Part shown: one piece after another, positions 49,096-59,463 of the stretch | Layout: every line of letters starts with the position of its first letter | Numbering within the stretch: position 1 is the stretch's first letter | Source: Promethearchaeota archaeon | GTDB lineage: Archaea > Asgardarchaeota > Lokiarchaeia > Sigyniarchaeales > SOKP01 | Assembly: GCA_016840165.1 (NCBI GenBank) | Contig: JAEOSU010000025.1 | Coordinates: 1 to 64,000, forward strand | Length of the DNA stretch: 64,000 bases | Direction: 5' to 3' | The notes under the pieces: model-generated | Told to the model about the DNA's origin: nothing | The model's database searches: none | The model's input: only the letters and a program-made list of their open reading frames with translations | Translations under genes and position numbers: made by a program

Positions 49096-49869
49096 ATGAG
49101 TAAATTAAAATTTGAAGTGGATGAAAAATTAGGTATAATTACATTTGCCGATACGCCTTTAAATCTGATAGATTTTGAATTTGTTGAAGAATTAGAAGCA
49201 TTACTAAATGGAAGTCAAATCAAGGAAATTAGAGCCCTGCTTTTTAAAGTAGATAAAGGAAATTTTTCTGCAGGTGCGAATGTCGCGGTATTTAAGGGCG
49301 CGGATAAGAATTCCTCAAGAGAGACTATAAAAAGATTTTTAGATATAATCAACAGAATTGAAGAATTACCTTTTCCTACAATGGCTGCTGTGAAGGGTAT
49401 GTGTGTTGGGGGAGGTTTTGAATTAGCCTTAGCTTGTGATTTTATCTGGGTTAGTGAAAAATCACAGTTTGCGGCTGCGGAAGTATTAATAGGAATAGTT
49501 CCCTTAGGGGGAGGTGCTCAGAGACTAGCTCAGAGGTGTGGTATAACAAGAGCAAAGGAAATTACACTGGGAGGTCGTTTTAATAAACCAGATAAATTAG
49601 AGCGATGGAATGTGATTAATCGAGTACTACCTGAACAGGATCTTATCGAGAAAGCAATTAAGTTTATGAGATTCCAAACAAATGGGCCAACAATCGCGTT
49701 TGATACCATTAAAAAACTTTTGAGAGAATATTATAATAAAGGATTGAATGAATCAGATCGATTACTTTTAGAAATTGTACCTGAACTTTTTGAAACTGAA
49801 GATATAAAGATTGGAATTGAATCTTTTAAAAAGAATGGACCAGGAAAGGCTATTTTCAAAGGTAAATGA
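49096..49869 (+). CDS. Enoyl-CoA hydratase/isomerase family protein
   Basis: FSAGA, GGGFELALACD, E..IG..P..GG.QRL; ATG at 49096 after GTGA. Confidence 0.92.
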   Translation: MSKLKFEVDEKLGIITFADTPLNLIDFEFVEELEALLNGSQIKEIRALLFKVDKGNFSAGANVAVFKGADKNSSRETIKRFLDIINRIEELPFPTMAAVKGMCVGGGFELALACDFIWVSEKSQFAAAEVLIGIVPLGGGAQRLAQRCGITRAKEITLGGRFNKPDKLERWNVINRVLPEQDLIEKAIKFMRFQTNGPTIAFDTIKKLLREYYNKGLNESDRLLLEIVPELFETEDIKIGIESFKKNGPGKAIFKGK

Positions 49870-50028
49870 ATAAGATTTTATTTTCCTATTTTATTTTTCT
49901 ATTTTTCATTTACTGTTTTTTCTTGCTATTTAAATATATATTTCTGTAAGGATACATGTATCTGCAAATATGCGTGATATCAATTTCTATTAATGGTGTT
50001 ATTAAAGTGAAATTGAAAATTTACCACG

Positions 50029-50155
50029 TACTTTTGTTTGCTTTAATTGGCTTTATCTCCAGTTTACCACTCATGAGCATGGCTTTGTGCGGTCAGGGGG
50101 GTACTGGAGGACCATAAAGAACCAATTTTTATGGTATGGCAACTAGCAAACAGTA
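50029..50155 (+). ncRNA. Putative ~125-nt structured RNA or cis-regulatory element
   Basis: Nested stems 50035-42/50145-52, 50045-50/50122-27, 50051-56/50114-19, 50057-63/50103-09; GC-richer than flanks; T-run follows; strand uncertain. Confidence 0.5.
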
Positions 50156-50309
50156 TTTTCTTTTTTTATATTTAATTGTTGAATTTTATATTCTTTCTTT
50201 TTATTTTAGATTCAAATTCAATATTTCTTTTTTCTTAATATTTCAATATGATTATACTTCAAAATTTTTATTGATATCTTTTATATATTAGGGTGTTTTA
50301 TCTAAGGTA

Positions 50310-51467
50310 ATGAACCTATTAAACGCGTTTATAGGAATCCATTTAAAATTAAAGCAATATAAACTACAATTTATCTTTTTCTTCCTATTTTGGTTAATTG
50401 GGTTTATATATTTTCTTATCACGGAACTAGGCTATAATATTTGGAGAATCTTTCTATTTTCAATAACTGTAGGTATTCCCTCGGATATTGGAGATTTTGG
50501 TCAATTTTATGTACTAGTCTGGCCGATCTTATTAGAGGTGATTTTTTTTGGATTCATAATGGGAGAGTTATTTGAAAAATACAATCCAGTCATCACTAGT
50601 AGGATTCTCGCATCTCATAAACGTAATCATGCAATCATAATTGGATATCACCATTTATCAGAAAGAATAATAGAATATTGTATTGAGAATAAAAAGCAGT
50701 TCTGTTTAATTGAAGATAGTGAAGAATTAGTTGAAGATTTACTGAATGCTAAACATCCAGTAGTAATCGGGGATGCAACAGAGACTACAAGCCTTGAATT
50801 GGCAAGTGCAAGATATGCAAAAGAAGTATTCATTAATATGGATGATGCAAGAACCGCAATTATTTGTACTGAGAAGATTCGTAAAATGAATCCCGATTGT
50901 CAAATTTATGTTCGAGCTTTTGCCGATCATGTTCAAGAATATTTGAGAGGATCGCCTTTAAATGCTTTTTCATTCTCTACTTCAAAATGGGCAATGGAAC
51001 ATATTCATGAATGGACTAAAAACAAAACTGGTGGTGCAATTGTGATTGGGAGAGATAATTTAACCCATCGCATCGCATATCATATTTCTCAACAACCTGG
51101 TCGAGAAGTGTTTCTATTTGATGATGTAAATGATGGAATTGAATTTGAAGTTAATGAACAATTACACATATTTCAAGAATTTGCTTGTTATTTAAGTGAT
51201 TTGTGTTGTCACTTACAGCTTGAAGATATAACCCAAGTTTTTATTTGTTGGAAAAAAGAAACCGAATTTGATGAGGCTATTTATCTTACCTCTAAATTAC
51301 GTCTACGGCATCCCCATATTAATGTTTTTGTTAGAATTTTTGATGAAGAACTCAAGGAAATTATTAAAAAATTTAATGCCAAAACTTTCTCTACCTCAAA
51401 GAAAGCATTTAAGGAGTTGCAAAAAGTTGTTTCAAAAAATTCAAGTATAGCGCCAGTAATTAGATAA
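50310..51467 (+). CDS. Potassium-channel-like protein with two TM helices and two RCK/TrkA-N domains
   Basis: NHAIIIGY, VVIGDAT...L..A, IYVRA; second IVIG..L RCK; pore motif degenerate. Confidence 0.75.
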   Translation: MNLLNAFIGIHLKLKQYKLQFIFFFLFWLIGFIYFLITELGYNIWRIFLFSITVGIPSDIGDFGQFYVLVWPILLEVIFFGFIMGELFEKYNPVITSRILASHKRNHAIIIGYHHLSERIIEYCIENKKQFCLIEDSEELVEDLLNAKHPVVIGDATETTSLELASARYAKEVFINMDDARTAIICTEKIRKMNPDCQIYVRAFADHVQEYLRGSPLNAFSFSTSKWAMEHIHEWTKNKTGGAIVIGRDNLTHRIAYHISQQPGREVFLFDDVNDGIEFEVNEQLHIFQEFACYLSDLCCHLQLEDITQVFICWKKETEFDEAIYLTSKLRLRHPHINVFVRIFDEELKEIIKKFNAKTFSTSKKAFKELQKVVSKNSSIAPVIR

Positions 51468-51512
51468 TCAAATAAGAAATAATATAAGCTTTAAAGATTA
51501 AGGGTTATCGAT

Positions 51513-52373
51513 TTGAGAATAGACTTTCATTGCCATATGTTTCAAAAGGGCTATAAAATTGAATATATGGAAAAGGGTTTTAAAATTTTTCAAGGCTATG
51601 GCTTTTATGAACGAATTTCCCAAATGCTGAGAAAAGTCAATTCAATTGAGGAGCGCAATATTATAGACAAAACCTTGTATCATGTCAGAAAAGCAAATTT
51701 AGATAAAGTGGTTCTCTTACCGGTCAGTGCACAGGAAAATCGATTGTTGAGAGAATGGATTGATTATTCCCCAAATATATTCATTCCTTTTTATAATCCT
51801 CCAGAAAAAGTTCAAAAAAATTCAGATGTCACAGAACAAATGGAACAAGAGCTACAGGAATTAGAGTATAAGGGTTTGAAGTTAATGATTTCGTTTAGAA
51901 ATAGACATTTTTATGATAAAATATTACAACCAATACTAGAGGTTGCTCAAAGCCATAATTTAATTGTTCTTATGCATACAGGTTGGCCTCCACCGGGAAC
52001 AAAAAAGCCGGTTCTTAGTTATTCTAATCCAGTTGATATGGATGTTTACTTTAATTCCTTTCCGAAGGTCAAATTTGTGATTGCTCATATGGGCTTTCCC
52101 TTTTCAGATGTCGCGATTGCTTTAGCCACTCAATATCCAAACATCTACTTGGATATAAGTAATTTACCATATATGGCTCCCATTAAGCTAAAAGAGATCT
52201 TACTCGTGGCGAAAGACATTATAGGCACCCATAAGATTTTATTTGGTACGGATGGATTTGTACCAGAAATGATTGAAATTGCGGTTGATTACTTCAACAA
52301 AGTTGATTATTTAACCAAAGTAGAAATAGAACAAATTATGGGATTAAATGCGATGAAGTTATTAGGGCTTTGA
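51513..52373 (+). CDS. Amidohydrolase_2 family metal-dependent hydrolase
   Basis: IDFHCH, HTG, AHMG.P, PNIYLDIS, ILFGTD. Confidence 0.9.
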   Translation: MRIDFHCHMFQKGYKIEYMEKGFKIFQGYGFYERISQMLRKVNSIEERNIIDKTLYHVRKANLDKVVLLPVSAQENRLLREWIDYSPNIFIPFYNPPEKVQKNSDVTEQMEQELQELEYKGLKLMISFRNRHFYDKILQPILEVAQSHNLIVLMHTGWPPPGTKKPVLSYSNPVDMDVYFNSFPKVKFVIAHMGFPFSDVAIALATQYPNIYLDISNLPYMAPIKLKEILLVAKDIIGTHKILFGTDGFVPEMIEIAVDYFNKVDYLTKVEIEQIMGLNAMKLLGL

Positions 52374-52581
52374 ATTAAACCAACAGATTTTGGGTTAAAT
52401 CAATGGATTACTACATAACATATAGACCTACAAAGAAATTATCCGCTATAGCTTAATTACAAAAATTATATTTAGAAATCTGATTAAAATGGTTATAATA
52501 GGTTTAATCAGTCTAATCATAATAAAAATATCTTTATAGGATATTAATTTATTATTTCTAAATTTTAAAAAATACTCTAAA

Positions 52582-53391
52582 ATGATGAAGATGAAATTTA
52601 TTGATTTATCAATTCCAATAATCAATCCAGAAGAAGCGATTTTTGATCCACCAATATCGGGGCCCCATATAGAATATAGGGATCATAACATAGGAGCTGA
52701 GGAGATGGGCTATTATTTTGCTAGATTGAAAATGTTCATCTGTCCAGAAGAACATTTACCCGATGGAAAAGGCTGGGCAACAGAAACCGTAACCATAGGA
52801 ACCCATGGTGGAACTCATATGGATGCTCCTTGGCATTTCGCTCCAATTCAAGATAAAGAAAAAGCCGAGAAAAAAGCAATGACAATTGACGATTTTCCCT
52901 TAGAATGGGGAATTGGTCCTTTAATTGTGATAGATTGCACGGATTATGAAGAAGGTTATGTAATGACCCCTCATGATATAGACAAGAAATTGAAAGATAT
53001 AGATCATAAGTTAAAAGAAGGAGATATTTTATGCGTTCATACAAATGCCCCCAAATATGCTGGCTCTATTGAATACTTACAACATGGAGTAGGCGTAGGC
53101 AAAGAAGCAACATTACATATCATAAGGCAAGGAGTCCATGTTGTAGGGATTGATGCGTGGTCGTGGGACGCACCTTTTTTTTTAACCGCTAAGAAATGGA
53201 AAAAGGAACCAGATCCATCAATTATATGGGAAGGACATTATGCAGGACGAGAATTAGGATATTTCCAAATTGAAAAAATGATTAACTTAGATAAGGTCCC
53301 TCCAGTTGGAGCAACCATCTATTGTTTTCCAATAAAAATTGCGAGGGCCAGTGCTGGTTGGGTACGAGCTGTAGCATCAATTCCAGAATAA
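52582..53391 (+). CDS. Cyclase (kynurenine formamidase-like) family protein
   Basis: IDLS, HGGTHMDAPWH, GIDAWSWD, QIEK, RAVA. Confidence 0.92.
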   Translation: MMKMKFIDLSIPIINPEEAIFDPPISGPHIEYRDHNIGAEEMGYYFARLKMFICPEEHLPDGKGWATETVTIGTHGGTHMDAPWHFAPIQDKEKAEKKAMTIDDFPLEWGIGPLIVIDCTDYEEGYVMTPHDIDKKLKDIDHKLKEGDILCVHTNAPKYAGSIEYLQHGVGVGKEATLHIIRQGVHVVGIDAWSWDAPFFLTAKKWKKEPDPSIIWEGHYAGRELGYFQIEKMINLDKVPPVGATIYCFPIKIARASAGWVRAVASIPE

Positions 53392-53599
53392 GTTAAAAAA
53401 AAAAGAATTTGATTAAGTAAATCTTGTTATTATAAGAGGAGAATAATCTTAAGATCTATTTTATCCATACTATTGAATATATTATTAAATTTATGATATA
53501 AAAGAATTTTTGCTAGAATTCGATTCTTTTATCTCATTCTAGAATTGAGTAAATCTATAATCTAAATTCTTGAAGATAAGAAAAAAATATAATAAAATT

Positions 53600-55843
53600 T
53601 TAGATTTCCTTAAAAATGTCTTCGACAAGCAGATGATCCTCTTTAAAGTGGACTAAAGCACCACTCCAATCTTCTAATACAGATTGGTATTTTTCTTCGA
53701 ATCGTTCTACAAATGTTTTTAACTTTGCTCTAACTTCTGCGGTTTGATTTCCTTTAATAAATAATGCTCCGAAAATTCTTTTTCCGTATTCTAGAATTAT
53801 AGTGATATCTCCATGGTCTATAGATTTTAAGAGATCTTGGGATCTTGTAGCTTCTTTGATAAATGAGGTTATAGCTGAAACCATACCCGCTACTAAGCCA
53901 GGATCCTGAATTACTTCTTGAACGAAACTATAATCGAATACCCCTCGGCCATCATCATAAATAATATATAACCCTTGTTTTTCTACTCTATTAAAGATAT
54001 AACTAAATTCTGTTGCTAAGATATCAATCATATTGTTATTATACAAGTATTTAAGCGTAAAATAAAAGCGTTCTTTTTCTTTCTCATCCAAGGGAATTAG
54101 ATCCTTTAAAAATTTACTTTCTTCTAAAATGGTTAGAATTTGTTTAATTTCATCTCTTTCTTCTGTAATTATAGATGGATCTAAGTTTTGATTCCTTGCA
54201 ACCAGATATTGATCATTTTTAATTAAATATTCTTCGAATGTTAAGAATTCTTGAATAGAGGAGAATATGCTTTTACGTATATGTCTCTCATCCACTTCTA
54301 TGTTTTTTGCTTGAAAATCCTTTTTGTAGTAGTAAATAATTAGGCTCCAAATGATGATGTTGAATATATATTGGGTAGATACATATGGCAAGGCCAAAAT
54401 ATAAAGTGCACCCTCAAGATTAGCATTAAAACTAGCTGTTCGTAGAGTAAAGAAATTAAAACCAAAGATTGAAGTATAACTCGATTGCCCTGTAATCCAA
54501 TAGGTTTCTGGAGCAAAATTAATTAGTGGATTCATAAAGTTGAGGAGTAGTATTGAGAGGATGATTATTGTTGGGATAAAGGTAGCAAAGCCTAAAAATA
54601 GATTTTTTATGTATTTTAAGCAATATCTCAATGAAAACGCAGAAATAAATAAAGAGATTGCCGTTAGAGTTATGAAATTAAAAAATATCATTATATCAAA
54701 TCCAAGACTCTGAGTTAATGTAACTCCTGAAGGAGGGACAAAATTCGACGATTGAATAATTGAATCTGGATTCTGGAAAATTAGACTATATAAAGGATTG
54801 AATCCTACATAATTAATTGCAAACCAGAGAAAGAATACTAGACAACCAAATACAATTCCATAGTAAAATTTTGCTGTAGGAATAGATTTCTTTTTGAAAG
54901 CTCGATTTTTCCACCAATCAATTATTTTTATGAAAATTAATAATGAAATTGGCTCGAAAATCTTTAGAAAAAGTACGAAGATGATTGAAGCCATTATAAA
55001 ATATGCAAAGAAGTAAATAAATAGGGGGAGAGATGATGTCCCCTCTATAATATCTTCTGCAACAAATAATACCACGGATAACAAGGAGATAGGGATTCCA
55101 ACAGTATACAAGCTTTTATAAGCTTGACTTCGTATGCTTTCTCCGAATGGTCTTCCTTTCAATGCGATTTGTGAACTAAATAACAATTCTAAGCTGAAAA
55201 TAAAGATAGCAAGATAGACAAATAAAATTTCTATGAACCATCCTAAAGCAGTTTCTCCGGTAGTAATAGATACTGATTCTAAACCTGAAATCTTAAGAAC
55301 TACTTGTAATAAATAAAGAGAAATTGGAAAAAGTACAATCAAGAGCTTTAATATTTCTTTTTCTCTTGACCAATCTCCTTTTGTCAATGCATCACGTACT
55401 TTCTGATATGGTCCATTAGTCATTTCATATGTCAAACTTGATAAAATAGATTCTTTTGAATCTTTCTCTTTTCTTAATCGACGCCATACAAATAATAATG
55501 AGATTAACGGAGCAACGAAAAAGATAAACGGCAAGGTCACTAAAGGATAGGAAGCAAAAAGAGCAATTAGTGAACCTATATGAGCAATTATGTACGCGAT
55601 TCCTAAACCTAAATTTCCTTGTTCGCTTGGTTGTACTTGTAACTCTAATGGAGTTGAATTTAGTTGGAATATGATTGGTAATACCCAATAGATCAAATAA
55701 AAAACCATAATTCCAAGCATAATTCGTAAGTATAATTTACCTATTAGTTTTTTTCTCAAGAAAAAATAAGGAATTGCTAATAGGATTACAGGAATGATAT
55801 TCAGTAATATTGTTGAGATTATTTCAAATGTGCTCATGCTCAT
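53600..55843 (-). CDS. Multi-pass membrane protein with C-terminal longin-like domain
   Basis: ~12 TM helices, then LYII.DDGR, DP.LVAGM.SAI.SFIKE, IDHGD..IILE.G, FE..Y...L..W.G. Confidence 0.7.
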   Translation of the reverse strand: MSMSTFEIISTILLNIIPVILLAIPYFFLRKKLIGKLYLRIMLGIMVFYLIYWVLPIIFQLNSTPLELQVQPSEQGNLGLGIAYIIAHIGSLIALFASYPLVTLPFIFFVAPLISLLFVWRRLRKEKDSKESILSSLTYEMTNGPYQKVRDALTKGDWSREKEILKLLIVLFPISLYLLQVVLKISGLESVSITTGETALGWFIEILFVYLAIFIFSLELLFSSQIALKGRPFGESIRSQAYKSLYTVGIPISLLSVVLFVAEDIIEGTSSLPLFIYFFAYFIMASIIFVLFLKIFEPISLLIFIKIIDWWKNRAFKKKSIPTAKFYYGIVFGCLVFFLWFAINYVGFNPLYSLIFQNPDSIIQSSNFVPPSGVTLTQSLGFDIMIFFNFITLTAISLFISAFSLRYCLKYIKNLFLGFATFIPTIIILSILLLNFMNPLINFAPETYWITGQSSYTSIFGFNFFTLRTASFNANLEGALYILALPYVSTQYIFNIIIWSLIIYYYKKDFQAKNIEVDERHIRKSIFSSIQEFLTFEEYLIKNDQYLVARNQNLDPSIITEERDEIKQILTILEESKFLKDLIPLDEKEKERFYFTLKYLYNNNMIDILATEFSYIFNRVEKQGLYIIYDDGRGVFDYSFVQEVIQDPGLVAGMVSAITSFIKEATRSQDLLKSIDHGDITIILEYGKRIFGALFIKGNQTAEVRAKLKTFVERFEEKYQSVLEDWSGALVHFKEDHLLVEDIFKEI

Positions 55844-55944
55844 GTCTCTATTTTTTATTGTTTAAATTCTATAAATGTTTAATTAAAGTATACTAATATA
55901 AATATAAGAGTTTAGTGATCTATAGCACATCATATTTTAGTATT

Positions 55945-57033
55945 ATGACAGATAATAAAATTGGTATAATATTTCACGAGGATTTTGCTTTAAAGCACAT
56001 ACCTCCTTATCCAAAACCGACATTTATTGCATTTGAACATCCCAACAGAGTGAAAGTAATGATTGAAGCACTAAATAGAGATCTAATTTTTGATAATAAG
56101 CGTATCCTCAAAATTGTACCTCCTACGATTGAAGATGATATTATTGGGTTAGCACATTCAAAATTTCATATTGATATGATTAGGAAAATATCTAAAGGAG
56201 GTGGGGGAATAATCGATGATGAAGTCTTTGTAACTCAGGACACATTTGAACTTGCGAAAAAAGCGGTTAGCGGTGCTATTACCGCAGTTGAACAAGTGAT
56301 AAAAAAGGAGATAGGCCAATCAATTGCCCTTATTCGCCCTCCAGGCCACCATGCATATAGAGATAAAGCATCAGGACTTTGTATATTTAATAATATTGCG
56401 CTTTCGGTATTATATTTACGAGAAAAGCTAAATTTTTCCGGTAAAATTGCAATTATCGATATAGACAATCATTTTGGAGATGGTTTAGCTCATTATTTTT
56501 ACGAGGATCCCTCAGTTTTGTATATTTCAATTCATGAATATGATTTTTCTCAAATGGACTTAGGTTTTATCGATGAATTAGGCGCAGGTGATGGACTAGG
56601 AACAAATATCAATATTCCTGTACCAGAAGGGCTGAGTTCAAATGAATTTTTAGAGTTAATCAGTTTTATCGAACCATTCCTAAGAGAGTTCGCTCCAAGT
56701 ATATTAATTGTTGCTACTGGATTTGATACATATTTTGCTGATCCAATTGGAAATGGTCAACTCACCAGTGAAACCTTTTATCATTTTTCTAGGAAATTAA
56801 TGCAAATCGCAAAGGAATTATGTGAAGAGAGAATTGCGTTCATTCTCGAAGGAGGATATAGTATTATTGGTTTACAATACTGTTTATTAGCCTTAATTAA
56901 GGGTCTATTAAATGAAAGTTATTCTGCTCCTATTTTTGAACCTAAACGAGTTGAATATTCCAACCATCAAAATTTGGATAAAATAAAAAAATCAATAGTT
57001 AAAATAATCAAGCCATATTGGAATTGCTATTAA
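55945..57033 (+). CDS. Histone deacetylase family (class II-like) protein
   Basis: E.P.R, RPPGHHA, GLCIFNN, DIDNHFGDG, SIH, GFD...DP.G, LEGGY. Confidence 0.93.
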   Translation: MTDNKIGIIFHEDFALKHIPPYPKPTFIAFEHPNRVKVMIEALNRDLIFDNKRILKIVPPTIEDDIIGLAHSKFHIDMIRKISKGGGGIIDDEVFVTQDTFELAKKAVSGAITAVEQVIKKEIGQSIALIRPPGHHAYRDKASGLCIFNNIALSVLYLREKLNFSGKIAIIDIDNHFGDGLAHYFYEDPSVLYISIHEYDFSQMDLGFIDELGAGDGLGTNINIPVPEGLSSNEFLELISFIEPFLREFAPSILIVATGFDTYFADPIGNGQLTSETFYHFSRKLMQIAKELCEERIAFILEGGYSIIGLQYCLLALIKGLLNESYSAPIFEPKRVEYSNHQNLDKIKKSIVKIIKPYWNCY

Positions 57034-57406
57034 TCCTTCTTTTGGATTTATGAGTACGGTATATAAAGTACACTGATAAGAATAAAAATATGAGACTAAT
57101 TATATTTAAAGCCCAGAATAATATATTTATATTCATCAAAATGAATGCTATCGTGATTAAGGGCGTTCCAAGCACCTGTAAAGTATAGGAAAAATAGGGA
57201 TAATTAATAGAACAAAAGATGGTATAGTACACTAACTTAAATATCGATGAAAGTATTAGGAATAGCCCATATTTATATTGATTTTTCTTATAAATGAATA
57301 TAGCAAAAACTAGTATGGCAATAAAAAGACCGATTTCAACGATTGTGGGTATATAATTTATAATTAAGACGAAAATATCTTCTAATTGAAACATCATTAG
57401 AAACAA
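57008..57406 (-). CDS. Hypothetical membrane protein
   Basis: 132-aa ORF with 3 TM helices. Confidence 0.5.
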   Translation of the reverse strand: MFLMMFQLEDIFVLIINYIPTIVEIGLFIAILVFAIFIYKKNQYKYGLFLILSSIFKLVYYTIFCSINYPYFSYTLQVLGTPLITIAFILMNINILFWALNIISLIFLFLSVYFIYRTHKSKRRINSNSNMA

Positions 57407-57508
57407 TCCTCTATTAACTTAAGAATTTTAAGTTATTATAGATAAAATATCTTCAATTGTATAAATTTATAATCCAATTCTCGAAAAATAAAAGTAAAGC
57501 GAAAAAAG

Positions 57509-57913
57509 TTAGATTAAATCTTGCAATTTCAGAGCATAGTTTTGAACAGCAAATAGAGCATCCCGCGGAGTAATTTGGGGATTAATATAACACATTAATG
57601 CTCCCGTTCCACCTATGGGGATTGGAGCAATTATAATATGTCCCTTACCTGTAATATTGGTTCCTATCTTCCTCTCTTCTGTATTTTCAACGATCATGTA
57701 CTTAATACCTTGAATTGATAAGCTGGTCATACCTTTTTGACCTAATCCTAATTTAGTGTTTAAAAGTGTGTTAATCGTCTCGAGATCTCCTGATATGTCC
57801 CAATTTTCAGTCTGTGTTATTATTGACCCAGATTTGCTTATTATTGCAATCCCAAAAACATTTGGTTCTTCATTCAACAATTCATTTATGATAGTTTCGA
57901 TATTCGATGACAT
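57509..57913 (-). CDS. Lokiarchaeal-type profilin
   Basis: GIAII..G.IITQTENW.IS.DL, TSLSIQGIKYMIVENTEERKIGTNITGKGH, PIPIGGTGAL; matches the Loki profilin sequence as I recall it. Confidence 0.88.
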   Translation of the reverse strand: MSSNIETIINELLNEEPNVFGIAIISKSGSIITQTENWDISGDLETINTLLNTKLGLGQKGMTSLSIQGIKYMIVENTEERKIGTNITGKGHIIIAPIPIGGTGALMCYINPQITPRDALFAVQNYALKLQDLI

Positions 57914-57999
57914 TTTTTGCCAAAATTTTTATTATGAATTTATTATATAACTAATACTAACAATTTATATAAAAAATTATTTTAAAAACAGTGAATTAT

Positions 58000-58545
58000 A
58001 TGGCGTTTAGATTATGGAGAAAGGCAGTTTTAATGACACTTAGAGAACGAAAAACATTTATAGTGTTCACTCTAATTTATACTTCTTTAATATTTTTAAC
58101 AAGCCTTTTTATTGAATTAGTAATCACTGGAGCTATTGGTCCTATTGCAAACTATTTCTTACTAATCTTTTTTGGCGTGAGTCTCTTTCTTTCGCTCTTA
58201 TATTCATGGATTATAGTATCCCGAAATAGGCGAACGTGGGCAACGTTAAAATGTATTGGCTACACTAATAAAGATATAAATTCTCTCGTAACCGGAAAAA
58301 TCTTTTTTACTACTGTAGTGGGTTTTATTATTGTTATCGAGATTTTATTCCATTACACAGCAAGTATTGGATATCTTCAATCTGCAGCCATAAATTTAGG
58401 ATTGCCATTAGTGTTAATTGGTTTGGGTCCAGTGATCATCACTTTTGTTATATTTATAGTTGTCCAATTAATAGCAATAATAGTGGCTAATAGACGAATT
58501 TACAAAGTAAGACCAATTATAGCTTTAAAAAAGGTGGGGGAATAG
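58000..58545 (+). CDS. Small FtsX-like ABC permease
   Basis: RR..ATLK.IG...I motif, C-terminal P..ALK; 4 TM helices. Confidence 0.8.
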   Translation: MAFRLWRKAVLMTLRERKTFIVFTLIYTSLIFLTSLFIELVITGAIGPIANYFLLIFFGVSLFLSLLYSWIIVSRNRRTWATLKCIGYTNKDINSLVTGKIFFTTVVGFIIVIEILFHYTASIGYLQSAAINLGLPLVLIGLGPVIITFVIFIVVQLIAIIVANRRIYKVRPIIALKKVGE

Positions 58546-58559
58546 GGAGGAGATAAAAT

Positions 58560-59252
58560 ATGCCAGTAGATAAAGATACTATGATAGAAGCCGTAGATGT
58601 AAATAAGGAATATAGAAGAGCAGGTGCTATTATTAGAGCATTGGCAAACGTAAATGTTTCGATTAAGTCTGGAGAGTTTGTTATTGTTCAAGGTCCAACC
58701 GGTTGTGGAAAGAGTACACTACTTAATGTGTTATCAGGATTAGATTTACCCGATTCTGGTAGAATTATTTTTGATGGTGAAAATATTGCCCGTGCCACAG
58801 AAGATAGATTGAGTCGAATTCGCAGACAAAAAATAGGATTTGTATTTCAAGATTTTAATCTTGTACCAACTTTAACATGTATAGAAAATGTCGAAGCTCT
58901 ACTTTGGCCAACCGTATTAAGAGAAAAGGAGATTGAGAATAGAGCGATTGCCGCATTAAGAGACGTTAACTTACTCGAAAGAAAAGATCATTATCCCGTT
59001 CAAATGTCTGGTGGAGAGAAGCAGAGATGTGGACTCGCTAGAGCTATAATACATCGTCCAAGAGTAATACTAGCGGATGAACCAACAGGAAACCTCGATC
59101 CTGCCAGTGAGAAAGATGTAATGGATCTATTAAAACAAATTAATAAGGATATGGAAACCACAGTCATTGTAGTCACCCATCGTGCCTCTCTGGCTTCGTA
59201 TGCAGATAAAGTTGTGCGTATGGAGAAGGGCGCTATCGTAAATATAAAATAA
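58560..59252 (+). CDS. ABC transporter ATP-binding protein (LolD/MacB-type)
   Basis: GPTGCGKST, IGFVFQ.FNL, MSGGE.QR, LADEPTGNLD, VTH. Confidence 0.95.
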   Translation: MPVDKDTMIEAVDVNKEYRRAGAIIRALANVNVSIKSGEFVIVQGPTGCGKSTLLNVLSGLDLPDSGRIIFDGENIARATEDRLSRIRRQKIGFVFQDFNLVPTLTCIENVEALLWPTVLREKEIENRAIAALRDVNLLERKDHYPVQMSGGEKQRCGLARAIIHRPRVILADEPTGNLDPASEKDVMDLLKQINKDMETTVIVVTHRASLASYADKVVRMEKGAIVNIK

Positions 59253-59463
59253 TGATATGATTTTTTTCCATCAATATTTTTTTACCTATTTTTAACATTT
59301 ATGTGTTTTAAGCTTAAGAATAATCCTTTTCATAAGTTATTTTAAAAACAAAATTATAAATAGTAAAATCATGTATGATTTAGTAATAAACTATGATGAT
59401 TTTATTGTTTACCACAAAATAATAAGATCAATAGAAAAAGTTTAATTTTTTAGGTGATTAACC

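Noticed and set aside
50021-50080. 19-codon minus-strand ORF (MLMSGKLEIK...)
   Set aside because: Too short, no motif; the region is better explained by base-pairing
50029-50155. c-di-AMP riboswitch or SECIS element
   Set aside because: Only a GGUAC.GGAGGACC resemblance, with the rest of the riboswitch consensus absent; no in-frame Sec UGA in neighbouring genes and no clear SECIS core
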